NCBI RefSeq assembly: GCF_018398935.1
Contig: NZ_CP074694.1
Coordinates: 1,620,001-1,652,000, forward strand
DNA from: Telmatocola sphagniphila
Lineage (GTDB): Bacteria; Planctomycetota; Planctomycetia; Gemmatales; Gemmataceae
DNA length: 32,000 nucleotides
Reading direction: 5' to 3'
Shown: positions 18,030 through 26,982 of the stretch, one piece after another
Position numbering within the stretch: the stretch's first letter is position 1
How the letters are laid out: the number at the start of each line of letters is the position of its first letter
The notes under the pieces: model-generated
The model's input: only the letters and a program-made list of their open reading frames with translations
Databases searched by the model: none
Told to the model about the DNA's origin: nothing
Program-made: the position numbers and the translations under genes

Positions 18030-18096
18030 AAAAATGCTCAATGGCCCAAGCTTCTGCAGTAGTAACCGAGAGAGGTGCTATTCTAAATCGTTTTGC

Positions 18097-18135
18097 TTAT
18101 CGCCAGATAAAATACGGATAAAATATTTCTTTATC
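18097..18135. promoter_or_regulatory. Cluster of four GATAA/TTATC elements upstream of the MFP-RND-propeller operon. It is a candidate operator or promoter-proximal binding site.
   Basis: The sequence reads TTATC-GCCA-GATAAAATA-CG-GATAAAATA-TTTCT-TTATC. It contains one inverted pair (18097..18110), a 9-bp direct repeat GATAAAATA at 18106..18114 and 18117..18125 (11-bp period), and an inverted copy at 18131..18135. It lies about 70-105 bp upstream of the ATG at 18029, in an AT-rich intergenic region. Confidence 0.3.
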
Positions 18136-18249
18136 ATGGCGTAGAAAATGTGAAATACCAACTACTTGCGGCGCATGCGTTACCACAAGAAGAGAAAAAT
18201 GGGCGTTGTAAAATTCAGGGGAAATTCGGCAAGAAATATTACGGCAGGA

Positions 18250-18657
18250 TTACTTCTCTTCCACGTCCTTCAGTCCCACTCCGGTTTTAGTTACCCAGAG
18301 TTTGGCGAGTGCGACAATCAGAGCTTGAGGACCCGAACCATCGTTGGAAATCATATCGACAGAAGTCCCGTCCGCTATCAGTTTGCCTCCCCAGGCACCA
18401 TCATTGGTTCGAATCAGGCTGACTTGGGTTCCAATCGGAAGTAATCGGAGTAGTTCTCCCTTTTTCGGCATGGCTTCCGAAATCTTCTGCTGCTCTTCAT
18501 TTAACTTGGCCGCGCAGTCGGAACATCGCGTCTGCTGAAATTTCGCCAGCCTTTGGGCGCGGTATTTGTCTACCGCATAGTGCTGAAATTCCTGGGAATG
18601 ACCACACGCTCTAACCACCATAGGTCGCGCGATAATTTTTCCGGTCGGTAATGCCAT
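18250..18657 (-). CDS. Hypothetical small protein with a possible zinc-ribbon-like N-terminal half
   Basis: 135-aa ORF preceded by GGAG 9 nt upstream of the ATG. A C-G-H pair (aa 18-20) and C-S-D-C (aa 45-48) could form a Cys3His metal site. The C-terminal half looks beta-rich. I recognise no family. Confidence 0.5.
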   Translation of the reverse strand: MALPTGKIIARPMVVRACGHSQEFQHYAVDKYRAQRLAKFQQTRCSDCAAKLNEEQQKISEAMPKKGELLRLLPIGTQVSLIRTNDGAWGGKLIADGTSVDMISNDGSGPQALIVALAKLWVTKTGVGLKDVEEK

Positions 18658-18959
18658 CTAATGCTTCTCCCGCTTTTGGGTTTATCTTAAGAAATCCTTG
18701 AGCCTCGCGGGCTGAGAACTGACGGGAGAGATCTCAAGCCAGAGTTTACTCTAGAAAATTGACTCACCGAAGCAGCCCTCTGTTCCCAATCCTAGCCATT
18801 TTTTGTGAGGATTTTCCATTTAATTGGCAGGCTAATTTTCTTCATTTCCCGGCTGCAACGGCAGCGATTGGAATTTTCTCCTAGTGTCACAAATTTTTAA
18901 AGGTCTACAACGAAGTAATGCTAAAGATGAAATTTCGCTAATATCTCGGAGGAAACTTC

Positions 18960-20996
18960 ATGCGATTCCACTTAGGAGCGATCATGGTTTGGACGAGTCT
19001 GTTGACTGCCGCCGGATCCGCAGCCGATCCGCAGCCCACGCCGGTTGACGGAAAAACGGGATTAATTTCCCGGAAAATATTTTTCGGAAATCCCGACAAA
19101 GCTTCCGTCGAAATTAGCCCCGATGGAAAGCAGATCAGCTTTTTGGCCCCGGTCGATGGCGTCCTGAACGTTTTCGTGGGCCCCATTGGGGATCCTAAAG
19201 CCGCCAAACCGGTGACCAAAGATACCAAACGGGATATCCGGCAGTACTTCTGGGCATTCTCCAATCATCACATTCTCTACCTGCAGGACGATGGCGGGAA
19301 TGAGAATTTCCATCTTTTCAGAGTCGATCTGGCGGATAACGATGTGAAGGATTTGACACCCGAAAAGGGAGTTCGAGCACTTCCTTCCGGTGTGAGTCAC
19401 AAATTTCCCCTGGATATTCTGGTGGGGTTAAACGACCGCGATCCTCGTTATCACGATATTTACAAGATCAACATCGCCAGTGGCGCTCGGGAACTGGTTC
19501 AAAAGAATCCTGATTTCGCTTCCTTCCTGGCCGATGACGATTACAAGATTCGATTCGCCTTCAAGTACAATATCGATGGAAGTCAGTCCGCCCTTCAACC
19601 GGATGGTAAGGGGGGCTGGAAAGAATTTCTCTCCATTCCCATGGCAGATTCATTGACCACTCGCCCCGTCGGATTCAACAAAAGCGGCGACGAGCTCTAC
19701 TTAATCGATAGCCGGAATCGCGACACCGGAGCCTTCTTTTCCTGGAATTTAAAGACGGGCCAACAGACTCTGATCGCACAGGATGCGAAGTGTGATGTTG
19801 GTCAGATCATGGAGCATCCCACGGAGAAGACTATTCAGGCGGTGGGCTTCATTTACGATCGCAAACGCTGGGAGTTCAAGGATCCCGAAGTGAAGGCCGA
19901 TTTTGAAATTCTCTCGAAGGTAGTTGATGGGGATGTGAATGTCAGCAGCCGTACCCTCGACGATAGTCAATGGATCGTCAGCTACCTGTTGGATAATGGT
20001 CCCGTACGCTTTTACCACTTCGACCGGAAGACCAAGAAATCGACCTTTCTTTTCACTAACCGCAAGGAGATGGAAGGTCTGACTCTCCAGAAAATGCATC
20101 CCCGAGTTATCAAATCTCGAGATGGTTTAGATCTGGTCAGCTACCTGACTTTGCCCCCCGGTTCCGATGATGGCAATGGAAAAGCGATTCATCCCGTTCC
20201 TCTGGTTCTTCTGGTGCACGGGGGCCCGTGGGCACGGGATGGCTGGGGGCTGAATGGTTACCACCAATTTTTATCCAATCGAGGTTACGCGGTTCTCAGT
20301 GTGAATTTCCGCGGCTCGACCGGCTTCGGCAAGAAATTCCTGAATGCCGGTAACAAGGAATGGGCCGGAAAGATGCACGACGACTTAATCGACGCGGTCG
20401 ATTGGGCGATCGCGGAAAAGATCACCACTCCCGGGAAAGTGGCCATCATGGGCGGCAGCTATGGGGGTTACGCCACGCTGGTGGGTCTGACTTTCACGCC
20501 TGATAAATTCGCCTGCGGAGTCGATATCGTGGGGCCCTCGAATATCGTCACGTTGTTGAACACGATTCCGCCCTATTGGGCTCCCGGCGTTCAACTTTTC
20601 AAAGATCGAGTCGGCGATCACACCAGTGAAGACGGCAAGAATTTCCTGCATGACCGCTCGCCTTTGAGCAAAGTTTCCAGCATCAAGAAACCGCTGTTGA
20701 TCGGACAGGGAGCCAACGATCCCCGAGTCAAACAAGCGGAATCGGATCAGATCGTGCATGCCATGAAAGAAAAGAAGATTCCCGTGAGCTATGTACTGTT
20801 TCCGGATGAAGGACACGGCTTTGCCCGGCCAAACAATAATTTGGCTTTCAACGCCGTAACCGAAGCTTTCCTGGCTAAATATCTCGGAGGCCGTTATGAA
20901 GCCATCGGGGATGCCTTTGAAAACTCGACCATCAAAGTTCCAGAAGGCGTTTCCGATGTTCCGGGGCTGAAGGAAAAGTTACCTGTGGGGAAATAA
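18960..20996 (+). CDS. S9 family serine peptidase (prolyl oligopeptidase / dipeptidyl- or acylaminoacyl-peptidase type), secreted
   Basis: 678-aa ORF with GGAGG 7 nt upstream of the ATG and a signal-like N-terminus ending in AAGSAADP. An N-terminal propeller-like region precedes a C-terminal alpha/beta hydrolase. That domain has the nucleophile elbow GGSYGGY, the acid region GANDPRV and the His region DEGHGF. Confidence 0.9.
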   Translation: MRFHLGAIMVWTSLLTAAGSAADPQPTPVDGKTGLISRKIFFGNPDKASVEISPDGKQISFLAPVDGVLNVFVGPIGDPKAAKPVTKDTKRDIRQYFWAFSNHHILYLQDDGGNENFHLFRVDLADNDVKDLTPEKGVRALPSGVSHKFPLDILVGLNDRDPRYHDIYKINIASGARELVQKNPDFASFLADDDYKIRFAFKYNIDGSQSALQPDGKGGWKEFLSIPMADSLTTRPVGFNKSGDELYLIDSRNRDTGAFFSWNLKTGQQTLIAQDAKCDVGQIMEHPTEKTIQAVGFIYDRKRWEFKDPEVKADFEILSKVVDGDVNVSSRTLDDSQWIVSYLLDNGPVRFYHFDRKTKKSTFLFTNRKEMEGLTLQKMHPRVIKSRDGLDLVSYLTLPPGSDDGNGKAIHPVPLVLLVHGGPWARDGWGLNGYHQFLSNRGYAVLSVNFRGSTGFGKKFLNAGNKEWAGKMHDDLIDAVDWAIAEKITTPGKVAIMGGSYGGYATLVGLTFTPDKFACGVDIVGPSNIVTLLNTIPPYWAPGVQLFKDRVGDHTSEDGKNFLHDRSPLSKVSSIKKPLLIGQGANDPRVKQAESDQIVHAMKEKKIPVSYVLFPDEGHGFARPNNNLAFNAVTEAFLAKYLGGRYEAIGDAFENSTIKVPEGVSDVPGLKEKLPVGK

Positions 20997-22384
20997 TGCC
21001 AGGGAGTGAGGAATCTTTTCTTCACTTCCAGTCTGTGAGCCGCGCACTAAACCAAACCAAGTCTCGTCCAGATATTGCGAGAGGCTGGGTGAAAGTGAAC
21101 GACTCCCTTCCCGATCAGCATTCAATCGATGAAGCTCTGAAACCGATTCGGAGCGGAATGAAAATTTTTGTGCATGGGGCGGCCGCGACTCCCTCGCCAC
21201 TGCTGGAAGCTTTGGCTCGGCGTCGCGATCTGGAGAACGTGACGCTTTACCACCTGCACACCGAAGGAGCGATGCCCTGTATTTCACCGGAACGGATTAA
21301 CAACTTTCGCTCCGTTTCCTTTTTCTGCGGCCCGGCTCTCCGGGAGCCGATTCAGTTGGGGATAGCCGACTACATTCCTGTTTTCTTATCGGATATCCCA
21401 CAGTTATTTACCAGCGGTCAGATCCAGCTCGATGCCGCCCTGCTTCAACTCTCTCCGGTCGATTCGCACGGCTACTGCTCCCTCGGGACTTCGGTCGATG
21501 CCGCGCGTGCCGCGGCCGATACCGCTCCGATCTTGATTGCGGAGATCAATTCCCGGATGCCCCGCTCGCATGGCAATACGACCGTTGAATTCAAAAAATT
21601 GACGACGCACATTAAAACGGATCGGGCATTGCCCCAACACAAAGTGGAAACACCCAGCGATGTGCAAATATGCATCGCCGAGCAGGTGGCCGAACTGATC
21701 GAGGATGGATGCTGTCTTCAGGCGGGGATCGGTTCCATCCCGGATTCCGTGCTGGTGCGACTCAAATCGAAAAGCGATCTGGGAATTCATACGGAATTGA
21801 TGACTGACAAAATGGTCGAGCTCATTCAGTCCGGCGCAGTCACCAATCGATTAAAAGGTTCCTTCCACGGCAAGTCGATTACGAGTTTTGTGAATGGTAC
21901 TCGCAAGATGTTCGATTTTCTTCACGACAATCCCAGCATCGAATTGCATCCGAGTAATTGCACCAACGATACGGCTCTGATCCGGAAGAACGACAAAATG
22001 ATCGCCATCAATTCGGCGATCCAGATCGATCTGACCGGACAAGTCTGTGCGGACTCCCTGGGCCATCGCATTTACTCCGGAATCGGCGGCCAGATGGATT
22101 TCATGCGAGGCGCGGCCTTGTCGCAGGGAGGTAAGGCAATAATTGCCCTGCTCTCTACAGCCGCGAAGGGAACCCAGTCTCGAATTGCCCTCGGACTCAC
22201 AGCCGGCGCCGGGGTCGTTACAACCCGGGGACACATCCAATGGGTCGTGACGGAATTCGGGGCTGTAAATCTGCATGGCAAATCGATCCGGGAACGTGGG
22301 GCAGAGCTCATTCAACTGGCCCATCCCGATTTTCGCGGCGAATTGAAGCAAAGCTGGCAGTCACTCCGACACTACGTGATTTGA
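20996..22384 (+). CDS. Acetyl-CoA hydrolase/transferase family protein (4-hydroxybutyrate CoA-transferase-like)
   Basis: 462-aa ORF with the family motifs IFVHGAAATP, LQAGIGSIPD, GIHTELMTD and SGIGGQMDF. Its start overlaps the S9 peptidase stop by 1 nt (TAATG at 20994..20998). The N-terminal ~40 aa are longer than I expect for this family, so the true start is uncertain. Confidence 0.85.
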   Translation: MPGSEESFLHFQSVSRALNQTKSRPDIARGWVKVNDSLPDQHSIDEALKPIRSGMKIFVHGAAATPSPLLEALARRRDLENVTLYHLHTEGAMPCISPERINNFRSVSFFCGPALREPIQLGIADYIPVFLSDIPQLFTSGQIQLDAALLQLSPVDSHGYCSLGTSVDAARAAADTAPILIAEINSRMPRSHGNTTVEFKKLTTHIKTDRALPQHKVETPSDVQICIAEQVAELIEDGCCLQAGIGSIPDSVLVRLKSKSDLGIHTELMTDKMVELIQSGAVTNRLKGSFHGKSITSFVNGTRKMFDFLHDNPSIELHPSNCTNDTALIRKNDKMIAINSAIQIDLTGQVCADSLGHRIYSGIGGQMDFMRGAALSQGGKAIIALLSTAAKGTQSRIALGLTAGAGVVTTRGHIQWVVTEFGAVNLHGKSIRERGAELIQLAHPDFRGELKQSWQSLRHYVI

Positions 22385-22424
22385 AGCCCGGTGTACTCCC
22401 GATTACACGGTCAGGTAAAATAGC

Positions 22425-25268
22425 ATGAAACATTTACTTCTTATCGCATTCTTGTTTACTTATTCGTCACCGCTTACGGCTGAGACTTTTTATGTCTCGC
22501 CCAAAGGAAGCGATGCGGCAGATGGCTCCGAGGTGCGACCCTTCGCCAGTTTGAAAAAAGCTCAGATGGTCGCCCGACAGCTGGGAAAAACCTCGAAGAT
22601 CCTGGTTCGGGAGGGAACTTTTTACCTTCCGGAACCTCTGGTTTTTACGGCCGAGGATTCGGGAACTACCTGGGAAGCCTATGCGAATGAATTGCCGGTG
22701 ATCAGCGGCGGACTTCGATTGGAAACGGCCTGGAAACCATACAAAGATGGCATCTTTCAGACTCCCGTACCTGCCGATCTCACGACCGATCAGCTGTTCG
22801 TCAATGGCGTTTGTCAGAGGATGGCGCGGTATCCCAACTTCGATCCGAACGAAAGAATTTTTAATGGCTTTGCCGCCGATAGCATCAGTCCGGCCCGGGC
22901 GGCGCGCTGGGCCGACCCCACCGGCGGATTTATCCATGCCATGCATCGGCACATGTGGGGCGACTATCACTACCGGATTCTGGGTAAAAATGCCAACAAC
23001 ACTCTCAATTACGAAGGAGGTTGGCAGAACAACCGCCAGATGGGTATGCACGAAAATTATCGATTCGTCGAAAACATATTTGAGGAACTCGATGCCCCGG
23101 GAGAATGGTTCCTGAACGAAAAGACGAACACTCTCTACTTCTATCCTCCTCCTGGGCTGGATCTCGCCAAAGCTCGTGTGGAAGCCGTGCGGCTGAAGTC
23201 TCTGATCGAGATTCGTGGCACCGAGAAAAGGCCAGTGCGCGACATCCGGTTTAAAGGTTTCAAATTCTGCCACACCGCTCGCACTTTCATGGCGAACCGA
23301 GAACCTCTGTTGCGGAGCGATTGGACGACTTATCGGGGCGGGGCCATTTTTTTCGAGGGAACCGAAAATTGCGTGCTGGAAGATTGCACACTGGATCAGG
23401 TCGGCGGTAATGCCATCTTCGTCAACAAATATAATCGCCGAGTTGTCGTGAAAGGCTGTGAGATCGTGCAAGCCGGAGGCAACGGAATTGCCTTTGTTGG
23501 GGATCCCCAGGCCGTTCGCAATCCCCTTTTCGAGTATAACCAGAGGATTTCCGTCTCGAATCTGGATCGGACTCCCGGACCGTTAAACAACAATTATCCC
23601 AAAAATTGTCTGGTGGAAGATTCTCTGATCCATGAAACCGGCCGGGTGGAAAAACAAACCGCGCCCATTCAAATTGCCATGGCGAGCCATATCACCGTTC
23701 GGCATTGCTCCATTTATGATGTTCCCCGGGCGGGAATCAACATCGGCGATGGCTGCTGGGGCGGCCACGTTATCGAATATTGCGATATTTTCGATACCGT
23801 CAAGGAGACGGGAGATCATGGTTCGTTCAACTCCTGGGGACGGGATCGATACTGGGAAGTTCAAGGGCTGAATCTCAACGACGACAAAATCTGGGATCGG
23901 GAGAAGCAAACTCCCCTGCTGGACACAATCGATCCCATCGAGCTTCGCAATAATCGTTGGCGTTGCGATCACGGTTGGGATATCGATCTCGATGATGGCT
24001 CTTCGAACTATCGCATTTACAACAATCTTTGCCTGAATGGTGGTCTAAAAAATCGCGAAGGCTTTTATCGAACGGTCGAGAACAACGTCATCGTCAATAA
24101 CGGATTTCATCCGCACGTCTGGTACAAACATAGCCAGGATATCGTTCGCAAAAACATCTTTGGCGTCGACCATTACCTACCGGCGGGGGGCATGCCCCCG
24201 ACGCCGTGGGGGGCCGAAATGGATTACAACCTCGTGCATCGGGAGGGCCTGAAGGCGCCCAGACCGGCCGTTCAATTGTCAAAGGCTTCCCAGCGCGATC
24301 TTCATTCCCTGGAAGCCGATGCGTTGTTCGTCGATCCGACCCGGGGAGATTTTCGAGTTCGCGATGGCTCTCCCGCGTTACAGCTGGGCTTCGTGAATTT
24401 CCCCATGGATCGGTTTGGAGTAGAGAAAGAATCTTTGAAGAAGAAGGCCCGAACACCCGATTTAGGAAAGCTCAAAAACGCCGATTTTTCGGCTCCGAAA
24501 GCGGCCAAATTCCACTACTTCCTGGGCTTAAAACTCAAGGAACTGGAGGGAGAGGAATTTTCTGCGTACGGTGTGACTCAAAAGGCTGGCGGCCTCGCGG
24601 TGATCGATGGCAAAACGGTCGATATCGCACCGGGGGATTTGATTCAATCGATCAATGCAAAGCCTGTCAAGCACTTTGCAGATCTCGTGAAGATTCTCCA
24701 GGAAAATCAGGCAAAAACCCTGGAGTTGGGTTTGGTTCGGAAGCAGAAAAACCTGACGGTTCGCATTGCATCGTTCGAAAGCATAACCCGAGTAAACCCA
24801 CCACTGTCGGTAAGTACCGTTCGCATCGAATCTATTACAACAAAACCGGGTACTAAAAATGAACCGTCGAATACCTTGATCGATGGCAAGCTGGCGGAGA
24901 ACTACGGGCCGGTTTTTGAGAACGGAATTCGTTCGGGAATCTACAAAGTCGAGTTGGGGCGAGCGATCGCGATTGCAGAAATCCAAACCTGGACTTTTAA
25001 TCAGAATGGCAATCGCGGCGCGCAGAAATTCGTGATTTTTGGAAGTAACTCCCCAACCGATCCCGGTTGGGAGTTGAATAAGATGACCCCGCTTGGAGAA
25101 GTCGAACTCTCCCCCAATCCGGGGGAGAAATTCCTGGGGAGCAGTCTCAAAAAATCGGACGGATCGGCCCTGGGAAAATTCCGTTGGCTACTCTGGGCGG
25201 TTGAACCGGTCACGAATTCGGGCGAGAACTCGGCGTTTCAGGAATTTCAAATTATCGAGAAAAAGTAA
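22425..25268 (+). CDS. Secreted right-handed parallel beta-helix repeat protein with C-terminal PDZ-like and discoidin/F5-8-type-C-like regions
   Basis: 947-aa ORF with a Sec signal (MKHLLLIAFLFTYSSPLTAE). ETFYVSPKGSDAADGS..PFASLKKA is the usual opening of pectate-lyase-fold proteins. Asn/Gly-rich turns repeat (GGNAIFV, GGNGIAFVG, NNRWRCDHGWDIDLDDGSSNYRIYNNLCLNGG, ENNVIVNNG). The region at aa ~702-780 (GDLIQSINAKPVKHFADLVKIL) is PDZ-like. The region at aa ~797-947 looks like a beta-sandwich binding module. Confidence 0.7.
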   Translation: MKHLLLIAFLFTYSSPLTAETFYVSPKGSDAADGSEVRPFASLKKAQMVARQLGKTSKILVREGTFYLPEPLVFTAEDSGTTWEAYANELPVISGGLRLETAWKPYKDGIFQTPVPADLTTDQLFVNGVCQRMARYPNFDPNERIFNGFAADSISPARAARWADPTGGFIHAMHRHMWGDYHYRILGKNANNTLNYEGGWQNNRQMGMHENYRFVENIFEELDAPGEWFLNEKTNTLYFYPPPGLDLAKARVEAVRLKSLIEIRGTEKRPVRDIRFKGFKFCHTARTFMANREPLLRSDWTTYRGGAIFFEGTENCVLEDCTLDQVGGNAIFVNKYNRRVVVKGCEIVQAGGNGIAFVGDPQAVRNPLFEYNQRISVSNLDRTPGPLNNNYPKNCLVEDSLIHETGRVEKQTAPIQIAMASHITVRHCSIYDVPRAGINIGDGCWGGHVIEYCDIFDTVKETGDHGSFNSWGRDRYWEVQGLNLNDDKIWDREKQTPLLDTIDPIELRNNRWRCDHGWDIDLDDGSSNYRIYNNLCLNGGLKNREGFYRTVENNVIVNNGFHPHVWYKHSQDIVRKNIFGVDHYLPAGGMPPTPWGAEMDYNLVHREGLKAPRPAVQLSKASQRDLHSLEADALFVDPTRGDFRVRDGSPALQLGFVNFPMDRFGVEKESLKKKARTPDLGKLKNADFSAPKAAKFHYFLGLKLKELEGEEFSAYGVTQKAGGLAVIDGKTVDIAPGDLIQSINAKPVKHFADLVKILQENQAKTLELGLVRKQKNLTVRIASFESITRVNPPLSVSTVRIESITTKPGTKNEPSNTLIDGKLAENYGPVFENGIRSGIYKVELGRAIAIAEIQTWTFNQNGNRGAQKFVIFGSNSPTDPGWELNKMTPLGEVELSPNPGEKFLGSSLKKSDGSALGKFRWLLWAVEPVTNSGENSAFQEFQIIEKK

Positions 25269-25274
25269 CCCGCA

Positions 25275-26753
25275 TCACCTCGCTTTACCGACGATAATCT
25301 GTTCTTTCGTCGGCCCAAAGCCGACGTTCATCTGAGATTTCAGCTGAAGTTCGTCGCCGACGAATTTCAGCTGCAGGGTGGTGATGAACGGCGTTTCCCG
25401 AAAGCAGATTTTGGCAGTAAACGTGTCAGCGGAAGTCCAATTGCCACAGGCCGCGATCGGCTGTGTGGGGAACATCGCCCAGGCCGCCTCTCCATTGAGC
25501 CAGGAAGTATTGCCGCAGGAAATTTGTTGCTCTTTTCCATCGAATTGAACGATTAATTTTCTTCCCAATTTCGCCGTTTGGAGGCTCAGCGATTCCAGCT
25601 TAAATGGTGGATTCGTGAAGACAAATTTGCGGTCAGAGCCAGTGACGGCAGCCCCTTTGGTCTCTGGAATACGGATCATCAGGCTCTTGCAAGTCTTTTC
25701 CAATAGATGGGATTGCTTTTGATCGAGAACTAACGGCTTCTCTGAAAATGCGGGCAACAGTTTATCCCAAACCAAATTCAAAACAGCCTGCATGTCGTTC
25801 AGGCCCGAGGTAATGGCGATCACGGCATCCTGTTCGGGCAGCACGAGGCAATATTGGCCGAAAGCGCCATCTCCGCGATAGGCCCCATGCCGGCAGCGCC
25901 AGAACTGGTAGCCGTAACCCTGATCCCAATCGCTTGCGGGGTTGCTGCCATTGGAGGTTTGCAGCGAAGTGGCTTTTTCCACCCAGGCGGCCGGAATGAG
26001 TTGTGTGCCATTCCATTTGCCTTTCTGCAGGTAGAGCTGCCCGAAGCTGGCGATGTCCTTGGTTCGAATGCTCAATCCATAACCACCGGTCGAGACTCCC
26101 TGCGGACTCGTTTCCCAAGTCGGATTCTCGATACCCAGCGGATCGAACAGCCGCAGTTTCAGATAGTCGAGTAAGGTCTGCCCCGTCGCTTTCTGAACGA
26201 TGGCCGAGAGCATGTAAGTTGCGGAAGTGTTGTAAACGAAATGAGTACCAGGTTTAAAAGGAACGGGATGGGCCAGAAACGTTTTGGCCCACGATTCTCC
26301 TGAGGTTCGGCCCGGTTCGGTTTGGTGACCGGTGGACATCCGCAACAGATCGCTCACGCGCATCGATTTCAAATTCGCACTGGGATTTGCGGGGGCTTCA
26401 TCGGGAAAGAATTTCAGGACGGGATCGTCCAGGCTCAGTTTTCCTTCGCTGATTGCCAATCCGACGGCCGTGGAAGTGAAGCTTTTACTCAGCGAATAGA
26501 GTTGATGTCTGGTCTGCCCATCGTAGGGCGTCCAATAAGCCTCAGCGATGCACTTACCATGTCTCAAGAGGACGAAGCTATGCAGAGAATCGATTTTTTG
26601 ATTCGCCGCTTCCAGAAACGATTGAATCGCCGCGGAGGGAACTCCCTCTTCTTCCGGTTGGCTTCGTGGCAGATCTGCTGCGGAAGCAGCAGTTGCTAAC
26701 CCATACAATATTACCAGGCTCAAAATTATTCTCATTTTCGTTTCTCCTCCCAT
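25275..26753 (-). CDS. Serine hydrolase of the beta-lactamase/transpeptidase-like (class C / PBP4*-type) family, secreted
   Basis: 492-aa ORF. The SxxK motif is YSLSKSFTS, and a Tyr-x-Asn-like YNTS follows. The signal peptide is MRIILSLVILYGLATAASAAD, so the internal Met at about nt 26735 may be the true start. A C-terminal extension of about 130 aa follows the hydrolase core. Confidence 0.85.
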   Translation of the reverse strand: MGGETKMRIILSLVILYGLATAASAADLPRSQPEEEGVPSAAIQSFLEAANQKIDSLHSFVLLRHGKCIAEAYWTPYDGQTRHQLYSLSKSFTSTAVGLAISEGKLSLDDPVLKFFPDEAPANPSANLKSMRVSDLLRMSTGHQTEPGRTSGESWAKTFLAHPVPFKPGTHFVYNTSATYMLSAIVQKATGQTLLDYLKLRLFDPLGIENPTWETSPQGVSTGGYGLSIRTKDIASFGQLYLQKGKWNGTQLIPAAWVEKATSLQTSNGSNPASDWDQGYGYQFWRCRHGAYRGDGAFGQYCLVLPEQDAVIAITSGLNDMQAVLNLVWDKLLPAFSEKPLVLDQKQSHLLEKTCKSLMIRIPETKGAAVTGSDRKFVFTNPPFKLESLSLQTAKLGRKLIVQFDGKEQQISCGNTSWLNGEAAWAMFPTQPIAACGNWTSADTFTAKICFRETPFITTLQLKFVGDELQLKSQMNVGFGPTKEQIIVGKAR

Positions 26754-26982
26754 CGGCGATGATGGTACAGATTCGCACCCAACGCGAGGCTTGCAGACCC
26801 TGAGATTTACCTTATGTAATTATGGCCATTCTCTCTGCGCCTAAAGCTCAAATATTGAAATGACTGCGCCGGCTTTAAGCGAAACTTTAGTCCACTTCTC
26901 TCGATCTTTTCTTGCAATCTGAGGCCTTTCGGGCCCAAAATATAGTGTGTCCTGACTTGAGGTTTACTAGATTCTCAGGCGA

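Noticed and set aside
22467-23471. 334-aa minus-strand ORF inside the beta-helix gene
   Set aside because: It is a shadow ORF. The plus-strand frame carries a signal peptide and beta-helix repeats, and the antisense product has no recognisable features.
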